Source of the DNA: Rhynchobatus australiae
Taxonomy: Eukaryota
NCBI GenBank assembly: GCA_034780895.1
Contig: JAUZTB010000107.1
Span: 67,104,385-67,168,384, forward strand
Direction of reading: 5' to 3'
Length of the DNA stretch: 64,000 nucleotides
Position numbers and translations under genes: made by a program. The stretch's first letter is position 1; each line of letters starts with the position of its first letter. Below the pieces are notes generated by a model that did no database searches, had not been told where the DNA came from, and worked only from the letters and a program-made list of their open reading frames with translations. Positions 62,521 to 64,000 of the stretch are shown here, piece by piece.

Positions 62521-64000
62521 AGCACACCACTCACTTCCAACTGCCCCACTTATGAGACTGATGTCAGAATCATGCAGCATAGAAACAGGCCCTTTAGCCC
62601 ATGCTGACCCATCCAAGCTAGTCTAAATGTTAGATTAGCCTCACCAGTCAGCTCAGAATCGGAGTGGAAGTCATCCTTACATCCAAAGGACTGGTTAAGA
62701 AGAAACCATGCCAAATGTAAACCTAGCAGACAAATTATTACTCCAGTCAGCTTACAATGCTTATTTGTTAGTGGCATATTAAATTAGAATTCAACACTCT
62801 AGCTAAAGCCCCCTTAATCCCAGAAAGCTGAACACACATCCAGAAGCAGTATTTATTACAAGATTGGTAAGGAGTATCTCCACCTGAATCTTGATGAATA
62901 GTGCATGCAGCACCCGCACTTTGGTAAAAACATCTTCAATGCCATCTCAAGCAGCCACAAACTCAATTTCACAGCAGCTTTACTACTGGCCATCAAAGCA
63001 ATGAATCTTAATACTTCAGTTTTCTTCAAAACTGGAACACGAGTTATTTGTTTACATCTTACAATTTTGTCATCCATTGTTGCATTAGGGAGGTTTATGA
63101 CACCCACTGTTCAGAGGATATTTCACCATCTCTTGCGAAAGAATAGCAGGTAGGACAAATATGCAGCTTTGTGAAGACTGCAAGTGTCCCCAATGATTGC
63201 ATACCTTGTGCAATCCATGGCAACCAGAAGGGATACCACTCCATTTGTGGCACCATACAAGTCCATGCCCAGTCTCTTGGTTAGTAGTCATGCCTTCATT
63301 CGGTGCCATCTGCTTCAGAGCTACCACAACAAAGGTTCTCTGTTGACATGGACCTTAATTCTGATGCACAACTAACACTCACATGCACATAAAAAAAGCT
63401 ACACCACCAGATGAACTGGATCAGGACAGACCACTGGCATCCTCAACCAATGATTCTGTTGCCCCGACCACTCTTGAGGCATGTATCATGGCAGATGTGT
63501 CAAATGTGCACTGCACAACTTCCTATTATAGCTAATGACAAAGGATGAAAAGTATAAAGTATTCTGTTGTGGAGTAAATGAAAAGGGGCCAAGGGAGAAG
63601 GAAAGCCTCTTTCTGCTAGGGCTGTCCATAACCAACATCCAACAAGATCAATGTGGGCTAGTGGGAAGGGAAGGCACGAATTGGAGGGAGATGGAATGCA
63701 TAAAGGATTAAGTACAAAACTTCCTTGCCATCCCTACCACTGAATAATAGATTCTGTATTAGCAACTCTAATGGTAGCCAGCACAATTTTCTCCACGGCA
63801 GTCAAGTAATTCAGCTACAGCCTCACAGTACAAAACAAGTAGAAGTGCATCAGTGACTGCTGTGTAATGTACTTGCCTCATGTGCTTATCATGATTGAAA
63901 GCCTGTGAAGTACTATGCAAGGTATCACCAGGTATGAGTGGGGTGAAATGAATTAATTGCATTTCAAGTCTTGATGAATAGGGATTGTTGGTACTTGAGT

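Noticed and set aside
59062-64000. Upstream GIGYF2 exon (expected GDRRFEKPGRKD) and KCNJ13 polyA signal
   Set aside because: No matching exon seen. A gap covers part of the 3' UTR; the AATAAA at ~60455 is inside a repeat and ATTAAA near 60049 is unsupported.

Overview
AT-rich vertebrate genomic DNA from a gapped draft assembly, most likely a cartilaginous fish and possibly a ray or sawfish relative (inferred from HE1/V-SINE-like SINEs, abundant CR1-like LINEs and protein divergence). The whole window lies inside GIGYF2 on the minus strand. I traced 16 internal coding exons (about 840 codons) from 51460 down to 3059 and checked GT-AG boundaries and intron phases by hand. They cover the DDX6-binding motif, the GYF domain and the E/R/Q-rich coiled coil; both gene ends lie outside the window. 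A complete KCNJ13 (Kir7.1) CDS sits antisense in the large GIGYF2 intron (57549-58026 + 58448-59061, 363 aa). Other introns are packed with decayed CR1, Rex1, RTE and L2-like LINEs and SINEs. I found no convincing new biological system. The best leads are a 1-nt frame break at a GIGYF2 acceptor that is rescued only by an AG 17 nt downstream, an Arg-to-Trp change in Kir7.1 at the position equivalent to Kir2.1 R218, GPF-to-GHF in the GYF signature, a SINE remnant that seems to supply a splice branch point, a PDZ-type C-terminus on Kir7.1, and false 100-N gaps (one splits an exon). Comparisons to human proteins and repeat families are from memory, not computed; repeat boundaries are approximate.
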